Notes: generated by a model not told the origin, from the letters alone. A DNA stretch of 64,000 nt from Candidatus Marinacidobacterales bacterium (GCA_965219415.1 CBDCNP010000002.1:2816001-2880000); one strand, 5' to 3'; positions 31,387 to 42,374 are shown, numbered from the stretch's first letter. Numbers and translations are program-made.

Positions 31387-31437
31387 TGTTGCAGATATGA
31401 GACAATGGGCAGAAGTTACTGTGGCAATCGTGACACA
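31387..31437 (+). promoter_or_regulatory. Pair of putative enhancer (UAS) sites for a sigma54 activator
   Basis: TGT-N12-ACA at 31387-31404 (TGTTGCAGATATGAGACA) and 31420-31437 (TGTGGCAATCGTGACACA), 33 bp apart, about 80-130 bp upstream of the -24 element. Confidence 0.6.
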
Positions 31438-31517
31438 GTCCGGTTGGCACCCGCCGGCGTGCCGGCCCAACTCTTTTACCATCAGAGGCTTACTCCGTGA
31501 GCCCGTCACGGCATTCC

Positions 31518-31533
31518 TGGCACAATGCTTGCT
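31518..31533 (+). promoter_or_regulatory. sigma54 (-24/-12) promoter upstream of lpxC
   Basis: TGGCAC-AATGC-TTGCT matches the TGGCAC-N5-TTGCW consensus exactly and ends 41 nt before the lpxC ATG. Confidence 0.85.
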
Positions 31534-31574
31534 GGGTTTTGGCCCGGCTCATATAGAGGGGTTTCTGAGGTCTT

Positions 31575-32483
31575 ATGCATTGTCAAAGAACTCTAAAACG
31601 TGAAAGTGGCTGTGTGGGCATTGGCCTCCACTCGGGTCGAAAGGTGAGGCTAACCCTAAAACCTGCGCCGGCGGAAACGGGGATCGTTTTTAGAAGACTG
31701 GACCGCAATCATTTCGAGATCCCTGCCACCTCGGAACATCTTGCCCGTCTCAATTACGCAACCTGCCTTTCCAAGGGCGAAGTACGGATCGAGACGGTCG
31801 AGCACCTACTTGCGGCGCTCGCTACCCTGGGTGTGGACAACGCCATCGTCGAGCTCGACGCCCCCGAGGTTCCCATCATGGATGGCAGTGCCGCACCCTT
31901 CATCTACCTGATCCACGAGGCGGGGCTACGGAACTTGTCGAAAGAGCGTTCCTACTTGAAGCTCACCCGTCCCATCGCCGTGGAGTCAGAAGGTCGGCAA
32001 GTCGCCGCTTACCCAGCCGATTCGCTGCGAGTGACCTACACAATCAACTTCGACCATCCTCTGCTACGACATCAGCAGCACTCGCTCGAAATCGATGAGA
32101 GCTCGTTCGTCGATGAGCTCGCCCCGGCCCGCACCTTTGGGTTTCTCAAGGACGTGGAACAGCTTCGGCAAGCGGGGTTGGCGCTAGGTGGATCCTTGGA
32201 CAACGCGATCGTTCTCGGCGAGGCAGGAGTGCTCAACAACCCGCTTCGCTTCCCCGACGAGTTCGTCCGGCACAAGATCCTCGATATCCTAGGAGACCTG
32301 TCTTTGTTGGGTCGCCCATTGCTGGCTCATGTGGTCGCGGTTCGCGCCGGGCACGGTCTCCACACGCAGTTGGTGCGCCAGATCATCGAGTCGCCGGATT
32401 GCTGGGAGCAAGTAAGCTACCCGGAGCCGGTTACCGCGGCCGTCCCCGCGGCCAAGACTCCCGTCACCGAACCCGTCTCATAG
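31575..32483 (+). CDS. lpxC: UDP-3-O-acyl-N-acetylglucosamine deacetylase
   Basis: QRTL, GIGLHSG, TVEHLLAA, EVPIMDGSA, ARTFGF, GGSLDNA, EFVRHKILD, GHGLH. Confidence 0.98.
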   Translation: MHCQRTLKRESGCVGIGLHSGRKVRLTLKPAPAETGIVFRRLDRNHFEIPATSEHLARLNYATCLSKGEVRIETVEHLLAALATLGVDNAIVELDAPEVPIMDGSAAPFIYLIHEAGLRNLSKERSYLKLTRPIAVESEGRQVAAYPADSLRVTYTINFDHPLLRHQQHSLEIDESSFVDELAPARTFGFLKDVEQLRQAGLALGGSLDNAIVLGEAGVLNNPLRFPDEFVRHKILDILGDLSLLGRPLLAHVVAVRAGHGLHTQLVRQIIESPDCWEQVSYPEPVTAAVPAAKTPVTEPVS

Positions 32484-32507
32484 AAGGGCCCTTCCACATC
32501 GCACACC

Positions 32508-32531
32508 GGTTCTCCCTATAAGGGGAGAGCC
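32508..32531. terminator. Hairpin between convergent lpxC and DUF1573-like gene
   Basis: GGTTCTCCC-TATAAG-GGGAGAGCC; no U-tract. Confidence 0.3.
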
Positions 32532-32579
32532 TTAGGTACCTGTCCCCTGTCTTCATGTCATTTTGTCAGGGGGGGCAAC

Positions 32580-33017
32580 CTATCTAGGCGGTGATTCCTC
32601 GGTCGTTTCTAGCACGAAGGCCGTGACCTTGACGGTCGTGATTTTCTTGGCTCCGTTCGACGCGATGGAGACACTGCGCGTAATACGACCCTTGTATCGC
32701 CTCGTCTCCAGCATCACCTTGAGAGTCGTCGATTCACCGGGTCTTACCAATTGATCGGCGGTGAGTGCCGCCGTGCAACCGCAGGACGTAGAGATGCGTC
32801 CAATGTTCACTTCCTCGGTGCCAATGTTGTAGATCTCGAACTCGGCATCGAGGGTGAGGTTCTGCTCGACCTTGCCGAAGTCATGGGACTCCGGTGTCAC
32901 TTCGATCGCCGGCCCCTTCACCGGCTTGGTCGCACTCTTGCTCTGATGACCCGAAGCTGTCATCGCAGGAAGACCAATCCAAGCTAGCATCAACAAGGCG
33001 CCGGTTAGTCTCTTCAT
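32580..33017 (-). CDS. Secreted DUF1573-like Ig-fold protein
   Basis: Signal peptide, HDFGKV, N.G...L.I..I.TSCGCT, PGE...L.V. ATG 33017 follows AAGGAG. Confidence 0.75.
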   Translation of the reverse strand: MKRLTGALLMLAWIGLPAMTASGHQSKSATKPVKGPAIEVTPESHDFGKVEQNLTLDAEFEIYNIGTEEVNIGRISTSCGCTAALTADQLVRPGESTTLKVMLETRRYKGRITRSVSIASNGAKKITTVKVTAFVLETTEESPPR

Positions 33018-33048
33018 CGTATCTCCTTCGTTGCTCGTTTCGTGGAAG

Positions 33049-33441
33049 CTATGAATCTTCACTTTCCTGGTCACCGGATTGGTCCATTCGGTCCGTTTGG
33101 CCGGAGTCGATAGTCTTCATCCCCTCGGCCCCTCCGGTCAGCCTCTTCATATAAGCGCCTAGCCTTTCGTTTTCGTAAGTCACGGTATTCAAGAACAGAC
33201 TCTCGACTAGATAGCGCTTCCTTGAATCCTCGTCCATCTCGTCGACGAGGTGGTCGATCTCTTGCATCATGTCCTCGAAAGTCGCCTTGAGCTCCTGCTT
33301 CAGAGTGACTTCACGATAGAGTGATTCCAAAACGTAGAGGAGATCTCCATCGAGTGGAATCTCATGACCAGTCAGCATTCGTATTTTCTTGAGCTCGCCA
33401 GCGCCGACTTGGTTAATTTTGGTTCTATTCATGCCGGGCAT
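33049..33441 (-). CDS. Hypothetical acidic helical protein
   Basis: ORF starts 3 nt after the STAS gene stop; no recognised motif. Confidence 0.65.
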   Translation of the reverse strand: MPGMNRTKINQVGAGELKKIRMLTGHEIPLDGDLLYVLESLYREVTLKQELKATFEDMMQEIDHLVDEMDEDSRKRYLVESLFLNTVTYENERLGAYMKRLTGGAEGMKTIDSGQTDRMDQSGDQESEDS

Positions 33442-33444
33442 CCT

Positions 33445-33780
33445 TCAAAAACTCTCCAGAGCAGTTTTTTCTTCACGGTAAACATCTACCAGATTATGAA
33501 GTCCCGTCAAACTGACCATCGTCTCCACTCGTTCCTGCAGCCCTACCAACTTCAGCGCTCCGGAGCGCTCCGACATGAGCCGATATATATCCATAAGACA
33601 GCCGATGGAAGCGCTGTCGATGTAGCTCACGTCCGAGAGATCGATAATTAGCTTGCGCGTCCCAGCCTCCATGAGCCCGGAGACTTCGCCAAAAAAATCA
33701 GTCAATTTGGGATACACCAGTTTGTCTTCCTTGATGCGGACTATTTTTACTTCGCCCGATGATTCAATTTGGAGATTCAT
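33445..33780 (-). CDS. STAS-domain anti-sigma factor antagonist
   Basis: IIDLSDVSYIDSASIG.L with the phosphorylatable Ser; 111 aa. Confidence 0.9.
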   Translation of the reverse strand: MNLQIESSGEVKIVRIKEDKLVYPKLTDFFGEVSGLMEAGTRKLIIDLSDVSYIDSASIGCLMDIYRLMSERSGALKLVGLQERVETMVSLTGLHNLVDVYREEKTALESF

Positions 33781-34434
33781 AAGTATGTTTGCCTGCCTTT
33801 TCCATGGCAGCTCCCTTTGATAAATCGTCCCCGTTTGAAGCCAGCAGCACCCGCCCGAGCTCCAAGCGACCTCTATTGATTCGGCTCTTCACCGTGCCCT
33901 CCGGCAACCCGAGACGGACCACGATCTCCTGATAGGTTAGACCATGAATGTCTCTCAACACCACCGCCTCACGGAGCTTGGCGGGTAGCTCTTCGAGGGC
34001 CCGCGACAACAATTGCTTATGGTCCGACGCCTCCAGCGAGCGATGCGGATCGAATCGACCGGAAGCCATATCCTCCATGCTGATCTCTCGATCGACCAGC
34101 GCTTCGCGTTCCCTCCGGCCGCTCCGATAGTGATCGATACAATGGTTCCGGCTGACCGAATACAGCCAGGTACCGAAGTCGGCGCTACGGTCGAATCGAT
34201 GGAGAGATCGGAAGACGCGAAAGAAGATCTCCTGAGTCAGGTCTTCAGACTCTTGTACCGACCCGTGAACTTGTAGGCGATCCCGAACACCTTTCGGCGG
34301 TAGCGGCGGACGATCTCCTCCCAAGCCACCTCCCTCCCAACAGCGGACTGGCGTGCCACGCACTTGTCGATGAGTGCCCGATCGGTAAGATCAGAGGCGT
34401 GCGTCTCCGTCGATCGATTCTTACTAGGCGGCAC
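33764..34434 (-). CDS. ECF RNA polymerase sigma factor, frameshifted near 34255
   Basis: One frame gives AWEEIVRRYRRKVFGIAYKFTGRY; another continues EDLTQEIFFRVFRSLHRFD..ADFGTWLYSVSRNHCID...LRDIHGLTYQEI...GTVKSRINRGR. Start is approximate. Confidence 0.8.
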
Positions 34435-34594
34435 CAGATCCCACGGTTTGTTTGAGGTGCAGTGGCTCCTGTCACCAGGAAGTACCCGAAGTTGCTGCCA
34501 GATCAACGATCCAGAGCAAGAAGAAACGCTCCCACGAACCATTGTAGCATTTAGGGGTTTCAGTTTCTTGAATTCGGACTTTCGGAGCTAAACA

Positions 34595-35512
34595 GTGTCT
34601 AGATTAGACTTTATGGCGATGGCAGGGGCGACGACGGCCTTCGCCGTAGCTACCGCAGGTATGTTGGTCGGGTGGGAGCCATTCGCCACCTGGTACTACA
34701 CCTTCGCCTGGTGGAGCTACATCGTGTTCGCCGACGCCTGGCTCCTGAGACGGGACCTAAAGAGTATCGTCCTCCGCAACCCTCGAGTAGCTAGGTTGCT
34801 GTTTCTGTCCATCGCCATTTGGGCCACCTTCGAGATAGCCAACTTCCGCCTCGGTAATTGGTACTACGTCGAAATTCCTTCCGAACTCGCCTTGAGATGG
34901 TTGGGCTATGCACTCGCCTACGCCACCGTTTTGCCCGGCATCTTGGTGACCGCTCAGCTCTTGGAAGTCTTTTGGCGACAGTCGTCGTCGGCTCGAAGTT
35001 TTACCCTCTCGCCAAAGCTGCCGAGACGCCTACTTTGGGTAGGACTGCTCGGAAGCCTGTTACCTTGGATCTGGCCTCTCTACTTCTTCCCCCTAATCTG
35101 GTTGGGGCCTACGGCTTTTTTTGCCGCGCTCAACTTTCGGTTAGGCGGAAAAGGAGTCTTGCGGACGATGGCCGAACGGGGACCAGAAAAACTCTATCGG
35201 TTGGCCGGTGCGGGAATGATCTGTGGTCTCCTTTGGGAATGCTGGAACTTCTGGGCTCGAAGTAAGTGGGTTTACGAGATACCCTTTTTCGGCTGGGCGC
35301 CAGTCTTTGAAATGCCCGTCGCCGGTTTCTTAGGGTTTCCCCCGTTCGCCGTCGCGTGCTACGAGATGTACGTCGCGGCGGAGAAGCTCCTCACCGCCCT
35401 GGCCGAGCGACCGGCGCTGAGGTTCGTCTTTTGGCTACTGGTCGCCACCTTGGTAGGTCTAGCTTTTTGGGGAATCGATGCCTGGACGGTTCGGAGTTTC
35501 CAGATTTACTAG
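34595..35512 (+). CDS. Uncharacterised Trp-rich multi-pass membrane protein
   Basis: About 8 TM segments; internally duplicated motif (W.TFEIANFRLGNWYY / LWECWNFWARSKWVY). Confidence 0.75.
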   Translation: MSRLDFMAMAGATTAFAVATAGMLVGWEPFATWYYTFAWWSYIVFADAWLLRRDLKSIVLRNPRVARLLFLSIAIWATFEIANFRLGNWYYVEIPSELALRWLGYALAYATVLPGILVTAQLLEVFWRQSSSARSFTLSPKLPRRLLWVGLLGSLLPWIWPLYFFPLIWLGPTAFFAALNFRLGGKGVLRTMAERGPEKLYRLAGAGMICGLLWECWNFWARSKWVYEIPFFGWAPVFEMPVAGFLGFPPFAVACYEMYVAAEKLLTALAERPALRFVFWLLVATLVGLAFWGIDAWTVRSFQIY

Positions 35513-35769
35513 CATCAATGCGCGCTCACTCCTCGTTCGCGCGCTTGGCGCCTCGCTCCTCGCTCGGCGCTCCTTTCGTCGGCCCGCCGCCTGGCCACGT
35601 CGGGTTTGACCTACCACCTACTTTGGCGGCCGTCACGCCGGGCTCGCGCCTTCGTCAGTGCGGCGGGGCCCCACCCCCACCGCCGTCCCTTCGCCGACAA
35701 GCGGCTCCGGGACAGCCGATGGCTCTTCGCGCAGGGTGCAGTGCATTCGTCAGCACCCCGCTAAGCTAG
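35509..35769. repeat. Modular intergenic repeat, copy 4
   Basis: Bounded by CTAG at both ends; TCAATGCGCGCTCACTC (shared with 39812), CTCGCTCCTCGCTCGGC, GGGGCCCCACCCCC (35665-35678). Confidence 0.75.
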
Positions 35770-36587
35770 TCCTTGGGTAGGTCCGGCCTGCCTGCCTTGC
35801 TCCACGCCGTATACCAATAGCTCGCTACGTCCTCGGCAGAGTCCGAGATACGCTCGTTCAAGATCTCCTCGGCGCGAAGCCAGAGGCTCTCGTAATAGAA
35901 CCGATCATAGCTCGAGACGCCTTTGCGGGAGAGGTAGTCGTACAGCAGTAGATTATCCACCCACACATAGGAGCGGACGAGCATGGAGATGATGTATGCG
36001 TTCGGATCGTCGAGGTAAATGGCGGTTGACGCGTCCGCTTTCAACTTGCTCCCATAGACGTCCAGCAACCGGCTGTCGAAGCGTTCACGAAAGCCTTCTT
36101 GATCGATCATGTCGCCGTCACCTTCCTTCGACACTAACAAAGGCTGACTCAGGTCCGTGATGTGGAGTACGAGCTCCGCAGAAAGCATGTCGATCGTCTC
36201 GAGATCCATCTGCTTGAACGCCTCGGCGAGCTTTTCGTAGGCTTCAAGCATCCGCCACGGCAGATCGCCCACCTCGCCGAGTTTGTCCTCCCCATACTCC
36301 CGAAGCGCCGACTCTCGATCGAGCGGTAGGTTCTCGAAGGGGAAGGGCTCCAACAGATCGACCTCGAAAACAGACCTCGGTGCGGCTATGGTCACGTCTT
36401 CTAGCTGCTGCATCAAGTAGACCTTCCGGTCTTTGTAGAAGCCCTTGAGCGGCTTGGGTAACGCGTCGATTGCGTCCTCGAGCGCGAGCCGATAAGCCAC
36501 GTCACTCCAAGCCAATCCGTGACCGACCGAGCCAACCACCATCGCGAGAATGAACAACAAGAGAAAAATACTCCGCCTCGACATCAT
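35766..36587 (-). CDS. Secreted S1/P1 nuclease / Zn-phospholipase C-like fold protein, metal ligands apparently lost
   Basis: Signal peptide followed by AW; AIDALPKPLKGFY, GDLPW, H.TDLSQPL, ASYWYTAW..AGRPDL resemble that family. Confidence 0.6.
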   Translation of the reverse strand: MMSRRSIFLLLFILAMVVGSVGHGLAWSDVAYRLALEDAIDALPKPLKGFYKDRKVYLMQQLEDVTIAAPRSVFEVDLLEPFPFENLPLDRESALREYGEDKLGEVGDLPWRMLEAYEKLAEAFKQMDLETIDMLSAELVLHITDLSQPLLVSKEGDGDMIDQEGFRERFDSRLLDVYGSKLKADASTAIYLDDPNAYIISMLVRSYVWVDNLLLYDYLSRKGVSSYDRFYYESLWLRAEEILNERISDSAEDVASYWYTAWSKAGRPDLPKD

Positions 36588-36659
36588 CGCTCCTCTGAAT
36601 TCGTCGCCCACATTTTAGATCCCTTCGGTAGTAGTGATCAAAAAGGCTATGCCCCAGAC

Positions 36660-37423
36660 CTAGGGAACGCGAGCTAACGTGAGGACGTCCACCGACCGGG
36701 CACCGCCGCGGAGCAACGCCCGCGTACAGGCCTCCGCCGTCGCACCTGTTGTGAAGACGTCATCGACTAGCAATAGACGCTCGCGCCGGAGCCAAGCTGG
36801 TAGCTGCGCGCGGTAGGCTCCAGCCGCGTTTCGTCGGCGCGCACCCGCGCTCAACCAGATTGAGGAGGACGCGGCGCGACTTTGACCAAGATCGAGCAGC
36901 AGGGTCGCTTGGCAGCCCTTGCGATTGACCTCGCCAACAACTCCGCTTGGTTGTATCCGCGCTCACGACGACGACGCCAATGAAGTGGCACCGGGACCAC
37001 CGCCGCCCCAGCATCCAGCTCGCCCGTGGCGAGGATCGAGCGAAACGCCAGCCTCCCGAGTGTCGCGGCTACACGCGATCGCCCCCGGAACTTCAGGGAG
37101 AGGAGCGTCTCCTTCAGGCCCCCATCGTATGGCCCCAACGCGCGAGCGCGGCGGAAGCATCGACCTCTTTCCACACGGCACGAGCCACATAGTCCTGGCG
37201 CCACCGTCTCCGCGAAGGGCATGCCGCAACGGGGGCAGTAGGGCTGTGTGATCACTGGCATCGACTGCCAGCAAAGATCGCAGATGGGCCCCTTGAGCGG
37301 CCACTCGAGAAATACCCGGCAAATGAGGCAAGTCGATGGGAACCCAATAGCCACGAGCCCCCCGAGCATGGTTCGCAGCAGACCAACCCCGCGGGAGACG
37401 CCCGACCTGGCCTGACCCGACAT
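36660..37423 (-). pseudogene. comF: ComF family (double zinc ribbon + PRTase), frameshifted near 36855
   Basis: CLIC..C..C..CPRC..CGSC, VPVPLH..R..ERGYNQA; the second frame gives RRRN...LLVDDVFTTGAT. Confidence 0.85.
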
Positions 37424-37438
37424 CCCCTGATTGGAACC

Positions 37439-38803
37439 TCAGGAGGTGGACCAAGTCGGAGCCGGTCGAATTGCAGGTTCCGGTCGGGCCGCGGCGCGTA
37501 CGCTGAGATGGATCGAGTTCCATCTACCACAATGCTCGCAGTAGTCGCTCCACTCTGGGTACGTGGTCTTGCAGGAGCCGCAGCCATAGTCCTGCATCAA
37601 TCCACCGACCTCGCCGAGAACCGTCTTGCTCTTACTAAGCGCTTCCTTGAAGTCGCCCTTGCTTTCCAAGACTCGCGCGATGTAGACGTGGAGAGCTGGA
37701 AGACCACTTACCATGTCTTCAATCTGGCGGAACTCGCCGAGGGCCTCGTCCAGCATGAAGAGTCGATAATACAGCTTACCGAGGCTGTACCTGAGCGGTG
37801 CTTCGTTTTCGGACAAGACGATGGCCTGCTTCCAAGTTGCGATCGCTTCTTCGGGCAGCTCCGCCCTGAGATAATGATTTTGAACCGCAGCGAGTAGTTC
37901 GGTGGAACCCGTGGTTTGAAAACCCTTTCGCCAGACGGAGAGCGCCTCGTCGGCGTCGCCAGCTTCGATGTGGGCGTCCCCAAGCTTTATATGAGCCGGT
38001 ACGAACCCGCTGTCACGCTTGAGAACGGAGTTGAAGGAAGCGATGGCCTCCTTGACGTCTCCTCGCGAAAGCTGCTCCCGACCCACCTCGAATCGGATAC
38101 CGACTGAGGCTTCCTGCGCCGCTTCCTTTTCGGTGGTGAGCGTTAGCATCTTTTCTATCTTCGGTTGCAGCTCGTCGGCAGCCGCCCAGTCTTTTTGCTT
38201 GATCTTCAGGTCACGGAGCTTTCGGTGAGCAGAGACGGTGGTTCGAGGATCGAGCTGGATGATGCGCTTCAAGACTTCCTCGGCACGTTCCCAATCACCG
38301 AGGTCGAGATAGGCGTCCGATAAGCAGTAAAGCGCCATCAGGTGCTCGGGCGCCTCCACGATAGCTCGCTCCAGCGAGGCCGCGGCTTCACGGTACCGCT
38401 TCAGGGCTCGTAGGCTGTCGCCCCGCTTGATCAGTGCGTTCAGGTGATCCGGCTCCCGCGCCAGCACGTCGTCGAATCGAGCAACGGCCTGCTGGTAGCG
38501 TCCATTGACCATATCGTCCAGGCCGTGGAGATAGAGATCCTCGGTTCTCTCGTGGGCCCGGTGAAGCCGCTGCGTCCTCCAGTTTTGGGCGAATCGTCGC
38601 GCCCCTCCAGCGATGTCGAAAAAGAGGATGAGTGCCGCTCCCGCGCCAAAGGCTCCCATCAGAGCCATCCAGAGCTCCAAGCTCAGGGGTCTCAGGAGCG
38701 CCAAGCTGATCTCCACCGGCGTCCGGTTCATGGCTATCGTGGAGGCCAAGAACCAGACCGCCCCGAATATCAGCAGCAGGCTGAAAAGTGTCTTGATTCT
38801 CAT
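37439..38803 (-). CDS. LapA-domain + LapB(YciM)-like TPR protein with C-terminal rubredoxin
   Basis: Two N-terminal TM segments with the LapA-like N.TPV.I.L pattern, TPR repeats, YGCGSC...W...CEHCGRWNSI. Confidence 0.75.
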   Translation of the reverse strand: MRIKTLFSLLLIFGAVWFLASTIAMNRTPVEISLALLRPLSLELWMALMGAFGAGAALILFFDIAGGARRFAQNWRTQRLHRAHERTEDLYLHGLDDMVNGRYQQAVARFDDVLAREPDHLNALIKRGDSLRALKRYREAAASLERAIVEAPEHLMALYCLSDAYLDLGDWERAEEVLKRIIQLDPRTTVSAHRKLRDLKIKQKDWAAADELQPKIEKMLTLTTEKEAAQEASVGIRFEVGREQLSRGDVKEAIASFNSVLKRDSGFVPAHIKLGDAHIEAGDADEALSVWRKGFQTTGSTELLAAVQNHYLRAELPEEAIATWKQAIVLSENEAPLRYSLGKLYYRLFMLDEALGEFRQIEDMVSGLPALHVYIARVLESKGDFKEALSKSKTVLGEVGGLMQDYGCGSCKTTYPEWSDYCEHCGRWNSIHLSVRAAARPEPAIRPAPTWSTS

Positions 38804-38815
38804 CTACGCTCCAGT

Positions 38816-39802
38816 TTAATCCAAACCATACCGTTTGCGCTTCTCCCATAGCGCCTTCCGGCTGATTCCCAAAATCTTGGCGGCACGGGTCTGGTTCCCT
38901 CGTGCGTAACGGAGAGTCCGCTCGATGTAGCTTTTTTCGACCTCAGCCAGAGTCGGTTTGTCCTTACTTCCCAGCCGGAACGTTACCGAAGGACTGTCCA
39001 AAATGGACTCGGGCAGATCGGCGCGCTCTATGCGAGACCCCTGCGCCACGAGCCCAGCACGTTCCACGGCTCCCTTGAGCTCACGGATATTCCCCGGCCA
39101 AACGTAGTTGCGAAACGCCTCCAAAACGTCGTCCGCGAACTCCTCGGGGAAATTTCCGCCCAGCCGCTCGCCCTCTCGCTGGAGGAAGTGTTGCGCTAAG
39201 GGAATGATGTCGTCCCGGCGTTCCCGAAGCGGCGGCAACTGAATCCAGAAAACACTCAGCCGGTGAAACAGGTCACGCCGAAAAGACTTGCGCTCCACCG
39301 CCTCCATCAAGTTGCCCGTACTCGATGCGACCATGCGTGCCTGAACGGTGAGCGTCCGAGTCCCACCGACCCGTTCATACGTCTTGTCTTCCACGACCCG
39401 AAGCAGCTTCGCCTGAAGCGCCGGCTCCGGCTCTCCGATCTGGTCTAAAAAGATCGTGCCTTCGCCTGCGAGCTCTAGCTTGCCGGGCTTGGTCTCCTGA
39501 GCTCCGGTAAAGGCACCCTTCTCGTATCCGAACAACTCGCTTTCCATGAGTTCAGCCGGGATGGTTGGGAGATCCACCTTGACCATTGGATCACCGGCCC
39601 GCTTCCCCCAATAGTGAATCGCGCCAGCCGCCAAATCCTTTCCGGTTCCGCTTTCCCCGGAAAGCAAAACGTTAGTGGGTGCGTTGGCGAGCCGATGCAA
39701 TAGGGCGACGATGTCGACCATCTGCGGGTCGTGAGCAACGAAGGCACTCGAGAGCTCACGGGCCGCTGCTCCGTCCTTCTTGGTATCGGTCGCGTCGGAC
39801 AT
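38816..39802 (-). CDS. sigma54 enhancer-binding protein (AAA+ and Fis HTH) with no N-terminal sensor domain
   Basis: GESGTGKD, ESELFGYEKGAFTGA, FLDQI, FRRDLFHRL, WPGNIREL, GNQTRAAKILGISR. Confidence 0.92.
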   Translation of the reverse strand: MSDATDTKKDGAAARELSSAFVAHDPQMVDIVALLHRLANAPTNVLLSGESGTGKDLAAGAIHYWGKRAGDPMVKVDLPTIPAELMESELFGYEKGAFTGAQETKPGKLELAGEGTIFLDQIGEPEPALQAKLLRVVEDKTYERVGGTRTLTVQARMVASSTGNLMEAVERKSFRRDLFHRLSVFWIQLPPLRERRDDIIPLAQHFLQREGERLGGNFPEEFADDVLEAFRNYVWPGNIRELKGAVERAGLVAQGSRIERADLPESILDSPSVTFRLGSKDKPTLAEVEKSYIERTLRYARGNQTRAAKILGISRKALWEKRKRYGLD

Positions 39803-39803
39803 T

Positions 39804-40216
39804 CTAGTGCCTCAATGCGCGCTCACTCTTCGGTTGAATGCCTCGTCGCTCTTCGCGACTGCCGCCTGACCACCTCGAGTTTGAGCAACCAGCTGGCTTG
39901 GCGGCCCTCACCCGCTTCGGGCCTACGCCCTGCGCGGCGGCTGAAGGCTCCGTTCGCGCGCTTGGCCTCGCGCTCCTCTATCAATGCCGCGGGGCCCCAC
40001 CCCCACGGCTCTCGCTTCGCTCACACTGCGCTCGGGCTGAAGGCTCCCATCAACTGCGGCGGGGCCCCCAGGCTCGTCCCAACGCCCGCTTTCTCAACTG
40101 CGGCCTCACTCCTCGTTCGGCCGCTGGCCTCTGCTCGACAAGCTCGCTGCGGCCGGCGGCGGCTGCGGGACAGCTGATGGCTCCTCGCGCCGCCTTCAGC
40201 TGCCTGCACGAAGCCG
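39804..40216. repeat. Modular intergenic repeat, copy 5 (longest, composite)
   Basis: CTAG..TCAATGCGCGCTCACTC, GCTGAAGGCTC twice, GGGGCCCCACCCCC (39991-40004), second GGGGCCCCC at 40061. Confidence 0.75.
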
Positions 40217-40585
40217 TCAACTGGCGATCGCCAGACGCCCCGCGTCTCCCCAGAGCCGCTCCAAGTTGTAATAGGCCCGGCTACGCGGAGTGAAGAGGTG
40301 AACCACGAAATCCACGTAGTCCATCAAGATCCAGTCGCCCCGCGGATAACCTTCCACGTGATCCGGCTTGATACCCTTCTTAGCAAGCGCTTCCTCGACC
40401 GCATCCGCGATAGCCTTCAACTGTCGATTCGAACTTCCACTCGTCAGTAAGAAGAAGTCGGTAAAGCTGGCCAGTCCCCTCAAATCCAACACCACCAGAT
40501 CGGTGGCCTTCTTTCCCTGAGACGCCTTAACCGCCACCCGTAACTCTTTGCCCATGCTTCGCAGTGTTAGCTTCTTCTGTGTCAA
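40217..40585 (-). CDS. rsfS: Ribosomal silencing factor
   Basis: KKA.D...LDL, DFF...SG.S.RQ..AI, W.LMDY.D.VVH.F....R.YY.LE.LW. Confidence 0.95.
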   Translation of the reverse strand: MTQKKLTLRSMGKELRVAVKASQGKKATDLVVLDLRGLASFTDFFLLTSGSSNRQLKAIADAVEEALAKKGIKPDHVEGYPRGDWILMDYVDFVVHLFTPRSRAYYNLERLWGDAGRLAIAS

Positions 40586-40611
40586 TCCCTTACCTGGCCC
40601 TTAGCTGGCCG

Positions 40612-42374
<1,763 letters not shown>

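Noticed and set aside
39731-40293. ORFs across the intergenic repeat blocks (also 35356-35769)
   Set aside because: Arg/Ala/Pro-rich translations of repeat DNA with no coding features.
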